From: an uncultured archaeon
GTDB taxonomy: Archaea > Thermoproteota > Bathyarchaeia > Bathyarchaeales > Bathycorpusculaceae
Reading direction: 5' to 3'
Length of the DNA: 64,000 nucleotides
Assembly: GCA_963782915.1 (NCBI GenBank)
Contig: CAWALK010000011.1
Span: forward strand, 107,929 to 171,928
Under the pieces are notes generated by a model. It was given only the letters and a program-made list of their open reading frames with translations, did no database searches and was not told where the DNA came from. Position numbers and translations under genes: made by a program. Below are positions 12,704 through 24,974 of this stretch, one piece after another (within the stretch, counting starts at the first letter, position 1; each line of letters starts with the position of its first letter).

Positions 12704-13659
12704 TTAATCAGCAGACTCTTCAAGAGAGTTACTACTCAACTGCCTTCTCCTAATAACCGCCGCTATACCTAATGTGGTACTCATAATAACGGCTGCTACT
12801 ATTCCTCCTAGTATACAAATCGTTTTGTGTAATTGTGTTAGTGAAAACTGTTGTTGCCTTAGGTTTTTCTGTAGAGTTAGGTGTTGATGAGGGCGTTGGT
12901 TTTGTTGTGGGATCGATTGTTGGCTGGTTGCTTGGTTTAGGTGTAGGGTTGGCTTGTTGTGGTGTCGAGGTTGGGTTGAGTGTTGATGGTTGGGTTGGTT
13001 GTGCAGTTGGCTGAGTTGGGTGTTGGGTCGGGGTTGGGGGATGGAGTAGTTGTGGGCGTCTAGAGTATCAGTGAGAGGATGGTTATAGGTGTCGGCGTTG
13101 GTGGTAATGCCACGGTATTAATCATAATACTGTGGTTGTCTGTAACATTTGTGAAAGTATAGTTATCCATAATTGACACGGGATATCCATCCACAGCAAT
13201 TTGGCTTATCACATAGCCTGTATTGGCAGAAAAGTTGAAGGTTGTTGAGCTGCCGTAAGCAACCTGTAGGGCGCCTGATGGATTAATTGTCGAGTGACTA
13301 TCACAAGAAGATGTGATTGTGTAATTGATGATGCTTGCTTTAACGTCGATAGTGTGATTTGATATGATGTTTGTGAAAATATAGTTTCCAGTTATTGCTA
13401 CTGGTTTGCTGTCTACTGATACGCTCGTCATAACGTACCCTGTATTAGCGGAGTATCGGTAAGTTTGAGTGCTCCCATAATTAACGACGGCTAAACCTAT
13501 GGGGTCTATTTTTGAGTGGGTATCAGCTGAAGCGGTGATCATGTAAGTATCCGCTGCTTGGACTGCTTGAGTTTGTGCGATTGATAGCGCGGTTATCGTT
13601 AAAAGTAGTATTAAAATAAAATCAATTTGGGAGCGTTTTTTTATTATCATCTTTTCCAT
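12704..13659 (-). CDS. Cell-surface protein: signal peptide, two Ig-like repeats, P/T linker, C-terminal TM anchor (frameshift near 13060)
   Basis: Two ~75-aa repeats (YxITxSxDxHSxIxPxG...YGS...ANTGYV...VD...YxFTNxxxNHxI); a PT-rich tail and TM plus RRR follow in another frame. Confidence 0.7.
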
Positions 13660-13935
13660 CTTAAAGGCCAGTTGTTTTCCGAATTAGCGAAAATTTGGGT
13701 GTGCTTGCGTTATCTCGGTTTGGATCATATTAAAATGGTTGTGGATACAGGGGTGAGTCAACATACTTTTTAATAGTCACCGATTCAGGCTCCATATTAG
13801 CCGTCGGTTGTTAGTTTCGAGAGTTATTTTTGATTTTTGGTTTGTTTGTTGGGTGGGTTGTGTTGGTTGTTGTTTTTTGGTAAAGACATTTAAAAAGGTT
13901 AAGAAGCTATGAAAAAGAGTAGTGAAGGGCTGTTT

Positions 13936-15276
13936 TTATCCTAGGCCTATGGCGGCGAACCTCAATTTATCCGTGAAGTCTTTTGGGTTGTAGATTCTTC
14001 TGCCGTCTATGAGGATGGGTTGCTTCATGAGTGAGAGGAAATCTTGTGGTGTGAGGGTTTTGAATTCGGGCCACTCTGTTACGATTATGGCGCAGTCGGC
14101 GTCTTTGAGGCATTCCTTGGCTGAAGCAGCGTAGTGTATTGTGTCTTTGAAGATGCTTTTGCTGTGGCGGTGGCGACGGGGTCATATGCTGTTATGTTTG
14201 CGCCTTGCGCCTGCAGCGCCTTTACTATCGGGACCACTCGGGCTTCGCGCATATCATCAGTATCGGGCTTAAACGCTAAACCGAGAAGCGCTATTTTTTT
14301 ATTTTTAAGCGACCCGAGCATCTGCACAGCAAAAGCCACGGCTTTGAGCGGTTGATTCCAGTTAACATGCTCCACCGAATCCAACAATTCAGGCACATAA
14401 CCCGATGCCCTACTGCATGCGATGAGGGCTTTGACGTCTTTGGGGAAGCAGCTGCCGCCATAGCCAAGTCCGGCGTCGAGGAAGAGTGGTCCGATGCGTT
14501 TATCCAACCCCATGGCTAAGGCGACGTCTTTGACGTCGGCGCCGGGGATTTTTTCGCATATGTTTGCGATGGTGTTTATGAAGCTGATTTTGGTTGCGAG
14601 CATTGCGTTGCTTGCGTATTTGATGAGTTCCGCCGTGGAGAGGCCTGTGCGGATAATCGGGGGTATGTGGCCGCTGTAGAAGTCTCGGTAAAGCATTTCC
14701 AATTTGTCGCCTGCTTGTTGGTCGTAGGAGCCTATGACTACGCGGTCCGCGTTTAGGGTGTCTTGGAATGCGGAGCCTTGGCGGAGGAATTCGGGGTTCA
14801 TGCACAACCCGAAAGTCTACTCCGCAGATTTTGCCGGATTCCCGCTCAAGCAGGGGCTTAACAACATCGAGAGTGGTTCCGGGCACAACAGTGCTCTTGA
14901 TAATGGTGACGTGGTAGCTGTTTTTGTGTTTAAGCGCTCTTCCGATGTTAACGGCTGCGGATTGGATGTATTTGAGGTCGATGCTGCCGTCGTCTTTGCT
15001 GGGGGTTCCAACAGCCACATAAGTAAAATCGGATTCAGCAACCGCCCGGTCCGTATCGTTAACGTAACCCACAAGATTGCCCTTCTGGATGCTCTCGGTA
15101 AGTTTTTCTTGCAGCCCCGGCTCAAAAAACGGTGGAATGCCCTGGTTTATTTTTGAGATTTTTTCTGCATCAATATCGCAGGCGACTACGCTGTAGCCTT
15201 TGCTTGCTAAACCCACTGCGGTGCATAAACCGACGTATCCAACGCCGATGATCGAAATTTTTGGCTGTTCATTCAA
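13936..15276 (-). CDS. ugd: UDP-glucose 6-dehydrogenase (frameshifted)
   Basis: IGVGYVG, IKSTV, NPEFLRQG, GYGGSCFPKD and GLAFKPDTDDMRE motifs across three frames. Confidence 0.9.
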
Positions 15277-15371
15277 ATCGTAGACCCCAAGCTGACGTCT
15301 AATTCGAATTTAGTAATCATATTAAATATATATTGGTTAACATTAACGAAGAACAGATAAGAGGGCGCTTA

Positions 15372-16241
15372 ATGGTTCGCAAGGTCATCATCCCAGCAGC
15401 AGGTTTAGGCACACGCCTATTCCCAGCAACAAAAGAACAACCAAAAGAGATGCTGCCAATCTTTTCCAAAACCATCCACGGCGACATGATGGTAAAGCCT
15501 GTGGTGCAGCTTGTTTTTGAGCAGTTACATGACGCGGGCTTGCGAGAGTTCTGCTACGTCGTAGGCAGAGGCAAACGTGGCATTGAAGACCATTTTACCC
15601 CTGACGCGGAATGCATACGAATGCTCGAAGCAATGGGCAAAAATGGTCAAGCGTCCGATTTAGAGAGTTTCTACAAGAAACTTGAAACTTCTACGATTAT
15701 GTGGGTTAATCAGCCTGAACCAAAAGGCTTTGGCAATGCTGTATTGATGGCACAACCGTTTGTGCAAAACGAAAGCTGCTTAGTCCATGCAGGAGACAGC
15801 AGCATAATATCCAAAAACATGGACTACGCCAAGAGGCTGCTTGAGTGTTTTGAGAGGTTAAACGCGGATGCAGCGTTTCTCGCCTTAGAAATAGACAATC
15901 CCAAGCAATATGGCATTGTTGAAGGGGAAGAAGTTGAACCTGGAATAATCAGGGTACAAAAAGTCGTTGAAAAACCAGATCAACCAAAAACCCACATAGC
16001 AATAATGGCCATGTATGCGTTTCACCCGGTAATCTTCAAAGCCTTAGAGGCCACAAAACCCGGCAAAAACGGCGAAATCCAACTAACGGATGCCATTCAG
16101 AAGCTTGTCGATTGGGGATTGAAAGTTTATGCCATCAAACTTGATAAGAACTATGAACATTTAGATATTGGCAGTCCTGAAAGGTACTGGCAAGCCTTAG
16201 AACTGTCATATAAACAATTCTGCAAGAGCCCACAACAATGA
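15372..16241 (+). CDS. galU: UTP-glucose-1-phosphate uridylyltransferase
   Basis: IPAAGLGTRLFPATK..PKEMLP, VEKP and GEIQLTDAI motifs. Confidence 0.9.
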   Translation: MVRKVIIPAAGLGTRLFPATKEQPKEMLPIFSKTIHGDMMVKPVVQLVFEQLHDAGLREFCYVVGRGKRGIEDHFTPDAECIRMLEAMGKNGQASDLESFYKKLETSTIMWVNQPEPKGFGNAVLMAQPFVQNESCLVHAGDSSIISKNMDYAKRLLECFERLNADAAFLALEIDNPKQYGIVEGEEVEPGIIRVQKVVEKPDQPKTHIAIMAMYAFHPVIFKALEATKPGKNGEIQLTDAIQKLVDWGLKVYAIKLDKNYEHLDIGSPERYWQALELSYKQFCKSPQQ

Positions 16242-16283
16242 TAGATAATATAATCCGTGAAGACCTTGAAAAGATAAAGAGCG

Positions 16284-17255
16284 TTGTCCCGGCAGATTAT
16301 TTATGCTGGAAAAAAAGCTTTAGTTACCGGGGGCGCCGGTTTTATTGGCAGTTGGCTTTGCGACGTACTAATTGGCTTTGGCGCAAACGTAACAGTCGTT
16401 GACAATTTCTCTACGGGTCGAATGAAGAACATAGAGCACCTTGTGGGCAACAAGCAATTCCAAATAGTCAACGCAGATGTGTGCGATTACAATAGCGACG
16501 CAAAATTTGACGTTATTTTTCATATGGCGGCACATGCTTCGCCTGACGAGTACATGGCCCATCCTATAGATACCTTAATGACTAGTGCATTGGGTACACA
16601 GAAACTTGCGGAGTTAGCTAGGAAAAACGATGCTACACTGTTGTTTGCGTCTACTTCTGAAACCTATGGTGACGCAGAGGTGATACCTACGCCTGAGAGT
16701 TACTGGGGAAAAGTCAACCCCATAGGCCCCGCTCATGCTATGACGAGGGTAAACGGTTTGCTGAAGCATTACTCATGGCATACAATAAGCAGTACGGATT
16801 AGATGTTAGGGTTCCGAGAATTTTCAATTCATACGGTCCACGATTAAGAGAAGACGGATTATACGGCAGGGCATTATCCCGCTTCGTTCTGCAGGCGTTG
16901 ACTAATCAGCCTATAACCGTGTATGGGGATGGAAAACAAACCCGTTCATTCTGCTACATAACCGACACTGTAACGGGATTGATGCTTTTAGCGGCGAATG
17001 CTAAGGCGAACGGGGAAGTAGTAAACATTGGCAATACCCAAGAAACCACGATATTGGAATTGGCGCAGAAAATCAAGGAAACAACAAAGTGCCAATCGAA
17101 CATAGAATTTTAGCCCGTTGCCTAAGGACGACCCAAAGAGGCGCCGCCCAGACACAACTAAGCTTGAAGGGATAGTTGGCTGGAAACCCAGCGTCAGTCT
17201 CGAGGAAGGGCTCAAGAGAACTATTGAGTGGTTCTCCAACAAAGCCCCTACTTGA
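16284..17255 (+). CDS. UDP-glucuronate decarboxylase-like NAD-dependent epimerase/dehydratase (frameshifted)
   Basis: VTGGAGFIGS, ASTSETYG, YWGKVNPIG, RIFNSYGPR and GDGKQTRSFCY motifs. Confidence 0.85.
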
Positions 17256-17293
17256 ATATAACTTTAAATCAAAATTAACCTTTACACCTAAAG

Positions 17294-18752
17294 GTGACGC
17301 TTAGCCCAAAAATAAGAAAAAATCAAAAAGAGGCTTCCAAACATGGAAGTGGCAAACATTTTAGCAAAAAAGGCAAAGCTCTAATTGGAATCACACTTAT
17401 TGCGGTTGTTTTGGTTTCCTGTTTCGTATTCTATCTAACGGCGAATACAACTTTGCCGCCAACAAATAATGGTCCGACTGCTTCAGCAAGTTGCACTCCT
17501 GGAGCAACAACAAACAGTAGCCCTACTGCTACGCTAAACAATTCCACTCCCAGACCGTCTACACCTCCCCAACCCATTCCGACTCCAATCAATCCTCTTG
17601 ATGAAAGTTACAAAGTCGTAAAAAATAACAACCTCACCAAAGAAACCTGGAAAAGAATAGGCGATTACGCTTGGGCCTATTTCCAACCTGGATCAGGAGT
17701 TGATCCAAATACAGGACTACCAGGATCAAGCCCAGGGTACCCCTACTTTACGGATTGGGACTTAGGAGTATATGTCCAAGCTGTCCTTGATGCACAGGCA
17801 ATAGATTTGATTGGTACAGGTGGTACATGGGGAGCTAACGACCGCCTGGAAAAAGTAGTAACTTTCCTTGAGAACCGCGAACTCAATGCAACCACCCACT
17901 ACCCATTCTGGTTCTATAGAGGTGACGGCACCAACTACAAAGATGAGTCCGACAAAGCCACAACCATAGTCAATACAGCTGATACTGGTCGATTATTGGT
18001 CGCACTTAACAATACCAGAACCTACGGAGCGAAAAATGACCCTACATTAGTAACCCGTATCAACACTGTAATTTACAATGTAAACGGTAACAGATCCGAC
18101 TATGCGGCTTTAGTGCCGGGCATAAAAATGGAGAGCACCTACTCAACCAACATCTATACTTACTACTTAGCCGCCGGTTTTGCAGGTTTTTGGCCCAAAG
18201 AACTCGCCGATGCTCAAACTTCAATTTTAAATAACATTATGAACTCTGGCACTGTAACCACTCCGGAAAATGAAACCTTACCAAAGAGCAGACTTACGGG
18301 CGACCCATTATTCGGCGCCATATTTGACCTCAATAACAATCCACCACAATTAACAACAATAGCAAAACAAATGTATCTCGCCCATGAAGCCTATACCAAA
18401 AGTACAGGTGATGTATCGAGCGTTTAGTGAAGGACCAACCGGGTCAACCTATTGGGCTTATGAATGGGTAGTATACGATGACAAAACCTGGGTTGTGCGA
18501 ACAGCATACGGAGACTACAATATAACGCCCATAATTTACACAAAGATAGCATTCAGTTTCTTGGCTGTTTATAATACAACCTATGCCAGAAACATGGTAA
18601 TATTCCTTGAAGATAACCTCGAAAAACCGGACAGGGGATACTACAACGGCATCAACGAAGCCGGAACACCACTTGCAGATTCAGGCATACATACTGATGG
18701 CTTAATTTTAGGCGCCTGCAAATACGCTATTCAGCATTACCCCAACCCCTAA
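17294..18752 (+). CDS. Membrane-anchored DUF3131-like protein (putative alpha/alpha-toroid glycan-active enzyme), frameshift near 18410
   Basis: TM segment and P/T linker, then AWAYF...TGL...TDWDLG.Y..A...A. Confidence 0.6.
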
Positions 18753-19298
18753 TTTTTCGGAGCTCAAATATTTTGCTGGTACTAATCCAGACAAGATACT
18801 CGTTTCGGCAAAAGTTATGCTTGCCGAAGAAAAAATGGATAAACCCATTTGGCGACAGAACCAATGGATTAAAAATATTGAAAGCAGTAAGTATTTGCAA
18901 TTGATGTTTACCCAAGCAATCAAGTGCATTTGTAATTACCTTCAAGTTGTTATGCCCTCTAAAGCGACTCCTTTTTCCTTCCCAATTTTGCAAGTTAGCT
19001 AAGAGTACATTAATGAATTGTAGCTAACATGTACCCACATAGTTTTTTATTATTAGTAAAGTCAACAGTGGGTAGAGCAGTAGCTGATTTGAACCCCTGC
19101 CCCTTGCAAGACGCCGATAGCGCCGCCGTATTTTTGGGTAAATCAAACCCTTGCGTGTTCAAGAATTAATTGCATAAACCTTGATTTGCGTTTTAACATT
19201 CAAGGTGACTTTTGTTAATGTAGACGGCGTCCTGTAAAATCGGTTTCTTGTGAGGCAAGCAGCTTCAATCGCTATTATTTTTTTAAGAGGTTGCTTGC

Positions 19299-20810
19299 GT
19301 GAAGAAAAAGGAATCTATTGAAAAAGCCATCGTCGTAGTGCTAATTGCTAGTTTGATTGCAGGCATAGGGTTCAATGTTCGAGTCGCCGTGGCAGATACG
19401 GGTAATTCATCGGATTTCTGGTTAAATCTCGGGAGGGATGCTTGGAATTATTTTCAGCCGGGAGTCGGTGTAGACGCGGTCACGGGTTTGGCAAAAAATA
19501 ATGCAGGTTCCAATGAGTTTACTGATTGGGATTTGGCACTCTACATTCAAGCTATCCTTGATGCTGAAAAACTGGGCATTTTGGGCAATTCAGGCATTTG
19601 GGGCTCGAATGATAGGTTGGATAAGGTTTTGGCGTTTCTTGAGAATCGGCCGCTGATGTGGGATGGATTACCCTACCTGATGTACTATTCCACTACAGGC
19701 AAGAATTCCACTGATATTCAGCAGGTGGCAACGGATGCGGGGTGCTTGTTTGTTTCGCTTAAAAACGTTGAAGCTGCCAAGCCCGAGTTGAAGCAACGCA
19801 TCGACAACATAGTGTATAACATAACGAATTATGAGCGGCGTAGGGTATCGGTCGATATTTTACTTGGGCAACTGGAGAAGGGGACACGTGAACCTAATGT
19901 TTACGATTACTATGTTACATGCGGCTTTGCTGGTTTTTGGCCAGAGCGATTCGCCAAGGAAGCGGACGCCATCTTGAACCTAACTGTTTCCGGGTCGAAG
20001 GTGAATTGTTATGGGGTTAATTTGCCGGCGGCTAAAATTACGTCTGAGCCATTACTTATGGGCATTTTTAATTTTGCCCAGCCCGATGTGCGACTAATTA
20101 GAGTTATCGAAGCAGGCGTATTTGGCGCAGGAAGCACGGTTTAACATGACTGGCAAGTATACCGCGTTTAGTGAAGGCGGCTACGGATAGCGGCGTTTTT
20201 GCTTATGAATGGATCGTCATCTAATGATGGGCGAATGTGGGTTGTGCAGACTGGAGACAGCAACGATGTGGACACAGATGTTTCGATAACGCCGATTGTT
20301 TACTTGAAGGCAGCTGCCGGTTTTTTGGCAGTTTATAACACGTCATACGCTCTGGATATGGTGGAGTTTTTGCTCAAACAAGTCCCCTGCTCGGGCGGGT
20401 TTGGTTTGGGCGTTGATGAGAACGGGCGAGTGATCCAAATGGCGGCGGATGTAAGCAACGGCTTAATCGTTTCTGCCGCTAGATATGCTGTTTCGAACAA
20501 TGTAACCGTGCCCATAACTTATCCAGCGGCTAGCGTGTCCGTTCCAACCAACAATGAAAACGCTGCTGTTACGGTTAAGGGAGACCAACCATTGAAGAGT
20601 AACCCTTCTAGTACGCCAGCTCCGACTTCAACTGCTAATCCGTCGCCTACGCCGTCTCCGTCGGTTATGCCTGATAGTAGCCAAGGCACAGTCTCCAAAG
20701 TAGCAGTCGGTGAAAACGGGTTCTATATAGTTTCTGCCGTGGCGGTTGCTGGGTTGTTAGTTGTGTTGGGTTATAGGTTTGCTAAGAAGCCGTTGGTTGT
20801 TGGGGTATAG
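19299..20810 (+). CDS. Secreted DUF3131-like paralog with C-terminal TM anchor (frameshifted)
   Basis: AWNYFQPGVGVD..TGL...FTDWDLA and ITPIVY closely match the preceding gene. Confidence 0.6.
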
Positions 20811-20962
20811 TCTTTGGTATTTGGGTTGTGGGTTGCCACAAGTATGTTGATTTGGTTGGTTGTAATTGTGGGGTAGGTTACCCTTTGGCAATTTAGCTGA
20901 ATTTTAAATTTCAAGTGTTCTTGGGATTGGTGGCAAGGGAAAAATGTTTTACCACTCTGGAG

Positions 20963-21367
20963 TTAGAACCATCGAGTTTTCGTTTCTTTAATCTGTTTTA
21001 TGTGGTTATCATCAGTCAAAACGCAATCTGAATTGGTTATTATCGCAGTTGCCGCAATAATAGCATCAGCTGTTGGAAGTTCGCCGTATTTACAACGTAA
21101 CTTGGCAGCTTCAATAGCTATCGATGAATCAAGATTTATTACCTGTAAATTTGATTTTAGAACGGAGTTTACTCTGGTTTCAGCGACATCTTTACCGAGG
21201 TCTTCGAGTTGAATCTTGTATAGCTCGAGAATCACTATGGACGGAACCATCCCTAGATTCGCTTTTTGTTCCAGAGCATCCAAGGTTACCCTTGCCCATT
21301 TCTTGAACTGCACATCTTTACTAGATAAACTGGCAATAAAGAAACGAGTATCCAAAACAGCTTTCAT
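20963..21367 (-). CDS. vapC: PIN-domain VapC toxin
   Basis: VLDT...E...DAIIAATA...LTDD. Confidence 0.85.
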   Translation of the reverse strand: MKAVLDTRFFIASLSSKDVQFKKWARVTLDALEQKANLGMVPSIVILELYKIQLEDLGKDVAETRVNSVLKSNLQVINLDSSIAIEAAKLRCKYGELPTADAIIAATAIITNSDCVLTDDNHIKQIKETKTRWF

Positions 21368-21594
21368 TAGTATCTGTCTTCTGAGCGCATTCTATCCAAT
21401 TTTTTAATGGTTTCTTGTAAGTTTATTTTTTCTGAATCAACACCAATCAAGTCTTGGAAACGAGGGGTGACTTTAAGGCAAATGCCTGCTGATGAGTCTT
21501 CAAAAACTATTTTCATGCCTTCACGTATTCCATATTTCCGTCGAAGTTCGATTGGGACAGTCACTTGTCCTTTGCGTGTTACAAGAACTTCCAT
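21367..21594 (-). CDS. AbrB/MazE-type antitoxin
   Basis: VTRKGQVTVPIELRRKYGIREG; overlaps the vapC start. Confidence 0.85.
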   Translation of the reverse strand: MEVLVTRKGQVTVPIELRRKYGIREGMKIVFEDSSAGICLKVTPRFQDLIGVDSEKINLQETIKKLDRMRSEDRY

Positions 21595-21852
21595 GGTTCA
21601 ACTTTCAACTCCAGTACAACATGATCTGTGTAGTACAACTTGCTTATAAATGATTTTTCACCGACATAGCAAGAAAAGCAAAATTTCGTACTTGCCACAC
21701 GTAAGCGTGGTTGTTGGGGGCTGCGAGGAAGAGGTTTTTTAGATCCATTCGGCTTCGACTTCGCTGATCTGTTTGAAATGGGGATCATCTGTATGCAGAC
21801 TGCACTTAGCGCCGATGAGGTAGCAGCGATCATGCTGTCACCCATCGATAGG

Positions 21853-22086
21853 TTATACTAAACGTTCATGCCTGAGATCATCAATTTCTTTTTTTACCTC
21901 TTCGACAGTACCAAACTGCGAGTAGGCGCCAATCATGTCCCATATTGACTTTTTAGGCTTCAACAACAAACCCTCCTCTGTTATCACTACCTCAAATCGT
22001 GTTCCTTCCTCTATCTTGAGCTTTTTGCGAATTCCTACAGGAATCGTAGTCTGACCTTTCTTTTTTATGACAATCTCAGTTTCCAT
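21853..22086 (-). CDS. AbrB/MazE-type DNA-binding protein (orphan antitoxin)
   Basis: IKKKGQTTIPVGIRKKLKIEEG. Confidence 0.8.
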   Translation of the reverse strand: METEIVIKKKGQTTIPVGIRKKLKIEEGTRFEVVITEEGLLLKPKKSIWDMIGAYSQFGTVEEVKKEIDDLRHERLV

Positions 22087-22087
22087 A

Positions 22088-22615
22088 TTAAAGCCCCTCA
22101 GATAGGGATACAACTCTGCTTTCTATCAGCTGACCGATGGTTTCCTGTCGCTTTAGGATATCCTCGTCTAATGTTACAAAGCGGTCTATTTTTTCTCCAT
22201 AAATGCGGGCTGCAATTGCTGCGGACGCTAAATGAAGAGTGTCTAGCGTTTTAACTCCTGTCTTTGACCCTATTTCTAGAGCCAACGAAAAAAGTGCTGG
22301 AATCTCCACATGACTTGTGCCAGCGTCAACTGAGACTTCGCCACCTATTGGAATGAATCTTAACTTTTCAATCTTCAAGACTTTCTTAAGAAATGCTCCT
22401 GCAATGGCTTCTCGCCCCAAATTTTTTCCTTTGTGGCTGTACCTTTCATAAGCCCTGCTTGTGGTGCAAACAACCTCAACTAAAGTTAACACAGAAGTAA
22501 CCCCTGATAATTGTCCGTTTTCTATTTCGTCCAGTAGCTTTTTTGCCTCTTCATGGTAAGGTTCATCGGGTGCATATCTGGCAAGGATAATGTTGGTATC
22601 TAAATAAACTAACAT
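22088..22615 (-). CDS. vapC: PIN-domain VapC toxin
   Basis: VYLDTNI...LTLVE...LDTLHLASA...FVTLD. Confidence 0.85.
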   Translation of the reverse strand: MLVYLDTNIILARYAPDEPYHEEAKKLLDEIENGQLSGVTSVLTLVEVVCTTSRAYERYSHKGKNLGREAIAGAFLKKVLKIEKLRFIPIGGEVSVDAGTSHVEIPALFSLALEIGSKTGVKTLDTLHLASAAIAARIYGEKIDRFVTLDEDILKRQETIGQLIESRVVSLSEGL

Positions 22616-22887
22616 TACTCACGACCTTCAGCCACAAGTCTTGCTATACTTGCCCCTTTGAAGATCCTTGCGCCTATTTGCTCCAGCTCATCGTCAGTCA
22701 AATCGGGGGCGTTCCCAATCAAATCTTGAACTTTATCGCCTAAGAACAATTCAGGATGCTCTCTTAGGTAGGCTTCAGTAATTTTCCTTAGGGCTTCGCT
22801 TCTGCTCTTAAATAAACCCCTTGAGACTGCTTTGTCAACTTTCTTAACCACTATCTCGGGAAAACGAGACGTTATTATCTCTTCCAT
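22615..22887 (-). CDS. Ribbon-helix-helix antitoxin
   Basis: ITSRFP...VDKAVSRGLFKSRSEALR; palindrome AAATGTATACATTT upstream at 22907-22920. Confidence 0.75.
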   Translation of the reverse strand: MEEIITSRFPEIVVKKVDKAVSRGLFKSRSEALRKITEAYLREHPELFLGDKVQDLIGNAPDLTDDELEQIGARIFKGASIARLVAEGRE

Positions 22888-23027
22888 GCCTCTTAAACCT
22901 CAGTAGAAATGTATACATTTCAAATACATATAGATTATCAAAGAAAAGTAGGTGCATCGAGCAGAAATAAGTGATGTCTAACTCAGTACCGTTTGTATTT
23001 TTTCTGATTATTGGGCTGGCGATTTTT

Positions 23028-24499
23028 TTACGCTCTCGGGATTACTGCCAAGAATGGTTCTGGCTCCATGTTAGCGGTAGCATAAACCGCCAGTGCAATA
23101 CTCCAAAATACGTCGTCGTGTGTACCTTGCGGATGATAGAAGCCAGTATTGCCGTCCCTGCGCAAATCAAATCGTTCCACGTTGAGTTCAGTGCAGATAT
23201 TCGCCTCTGTAAGGTCGTTCCCAGTGGAGCAGGGGATAGAAGAATTGCTTGTTTAGCATACGTTGCTTAAGCAACCCAGCCATCTCACTTTTGCGGGGCA
23301 CACTAAAATTTACACCTTCAGCATTATTGATGCCGGCGTTTTCCATGTCGGCGATGAAGCTGGGACCCTCCCGTGTAAAATCTACCCGTATTTTCTCAAA
23401 GTCGCCCCAGCGGTCCTGCAACGCTTTAAGTAGCCTAAAACAGATGCGTATACCGTGGGTTGCTGGAAAATTTTTAGATGCCGCAAGTAGAGACGGTATC
23501 GTTTTGTTTTTCAACGACTGAGAGGACGCAATAGTCTCTGGTTTGCGCCAAATCCAAGCCCCGCAAAGAATTCACCGCTATGATTCAACCTCGGAGTCGA
23601 ATAATCGCAGTTCTTCGCCGCAGCTTGTCTGAGTGCCGATGCAGGAAGCAATAAGGCTCTGGTTTAGCCAGACATCGTCATCCTCAGCCCATTCGGCATC
23701 CATTTCACGGTGCCAACGTGATAGGTCATCGCCCATCTGAGTCTTAATCCGTTCGATAATGTTGGGTTTGAGTGGTCCGTTGGGGCTTAATGCTTTGGCG
23801 ACTGGTACATGAGAGGTTTTGAAATCAGAGAAATCCTTATGGTTGAAAATTTTGAAGAACACGCTATCGGTGTGCCAGGGTGTGCTGCTGCAGACGAATT
23901 TGCCATCGGTTGTTCCCAGCGTGTAGAGGATGGCGTCGTAGAGTTCTTGGTCGTTTGCTACAAAGTTGAATTCGTCAGCATATACTACATGTAAGCGTGG
24001 GTCCTCGGATTGTTTCGGGGTTGTTTGGGAAAGCTTCAATGCTGCTTCCGTTAGCGAAGTAGATTTGGGTTCGTTGCGGCTTGAAAGCTAATCCCGGCGG
24101 GTAGATTATGGGTGAAGAATGCGATTATGCGATATGATTCGTTTGGTTTGCCGCCAAGAAGGCCCAACGATGCCGATTGCACTATTGGGGTGACTGACTG
24201 CGTACCAGAGCAGCAGGGCGCAGATTATGTAGGTTTTTCCGCTTTGCCGGCACCATCGGGCTGCGGTAAATTGGTTGTTTAGAAATAGTTGGGCGAAGTC
24301 TATTTGGTACTGGATATGGTTGAAAGCCTAAAATGCGCTCAAAAAAAGCGGAGGGGTCACTGCTGAATCCTAATGTCTCCTGCTGAGTGGCTTGTATTAA
24401 GTGATTGTTGCTTTGCTGGAGATTATGCCATCGGGGCAGGATTTGGTTGGGTCGTAATGCCCTGGGTTCTTTCTGCTTTTTCCTTGAGTAGCTTCGCAT
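23028..24499 (-). CDS. terL: Terminase large subunit (multiple indels; start approximate)
   Basis: Walker A AARWCRQSGKT, Walker B VVYADEFN, coupling motif SSTPW, nuclease motifs GLDLAQ and HDDVFWS; ends MEPEPFLAVIPRA. Confidence 0.85.
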
Positions 24500-24887
24500 T
24501 TTGTTCCTCCATTTCTTTTAGTTTGGTTTCGATTTGTCTGTAGTTGATGTAGTCGGTGAGAAGTTCTTTGTAGGTTTTAGCGATGGTTGCTATGGCTTGT
24601 AATCGTTGGACTTCGATTTTGTTTAGTCCTGGTTTAGCAGCGGTTTTTAGGGCGCCTGCAAGCATTTTTAGGGTTTCCTCGACGCTTGGCAGTTGTTTTG
24701 GGAGTGGGATGGAGGAGTCTACGTAGCCTTTTGTTTGGGGTTTTATGTCGAGGCGTTGGCATTTTATGATTATGGCGGCGGGTGTTTTTTGGAGTTTGGC
24801 GGCTATTTCGTCTAGGCTTGTGTTTGCTTCTACGAGTTGTTTTAGTTCGGTTTCTTGTTGGGGGGTCCATTGTTTGCCTTTAGTCAT
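24423..24887 (-). CDS. Probable terminase small subunit (N-terminal HTH, helical core, coiled coil)
   Basis: Immediately upstream of and overlapping terL; MTKGKQWT...LDEIAAKL HTH. Confidence 0.55.
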   Translation of the reverse strand: MTKGKQWTPQQETELKQLVEANTSLDEIAAKLQKTPAAIIIKCQRLDIKPQTKGYVDSSIPLPKQLPSVEETLKMLAGALKTAAKPGLNKIEVQRLQAIATIAKTYKELLTDYINYRQIETKLKEMEEQNAKLLKEKAERTQGITTQPNPAPMA

Positions 24888-24915
24888 GGGTTAATTGCCT
24901 GTAGCAACGCTTATA

Positions 24916-24930
24916 TAACAATTATTGTTA
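24916..24930. promoter_or_regulatory. Palindromic operator candidate between divergent genes
   Basis: TAACAAT-T-ATTGTTA next to a TTATATAA TATA box. Confidence 0.4.
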
Positions 24931-24974
24931 AGTAATTGGCGTAATTAAACAGTGTTTGTTAATGGTGTAACTGT

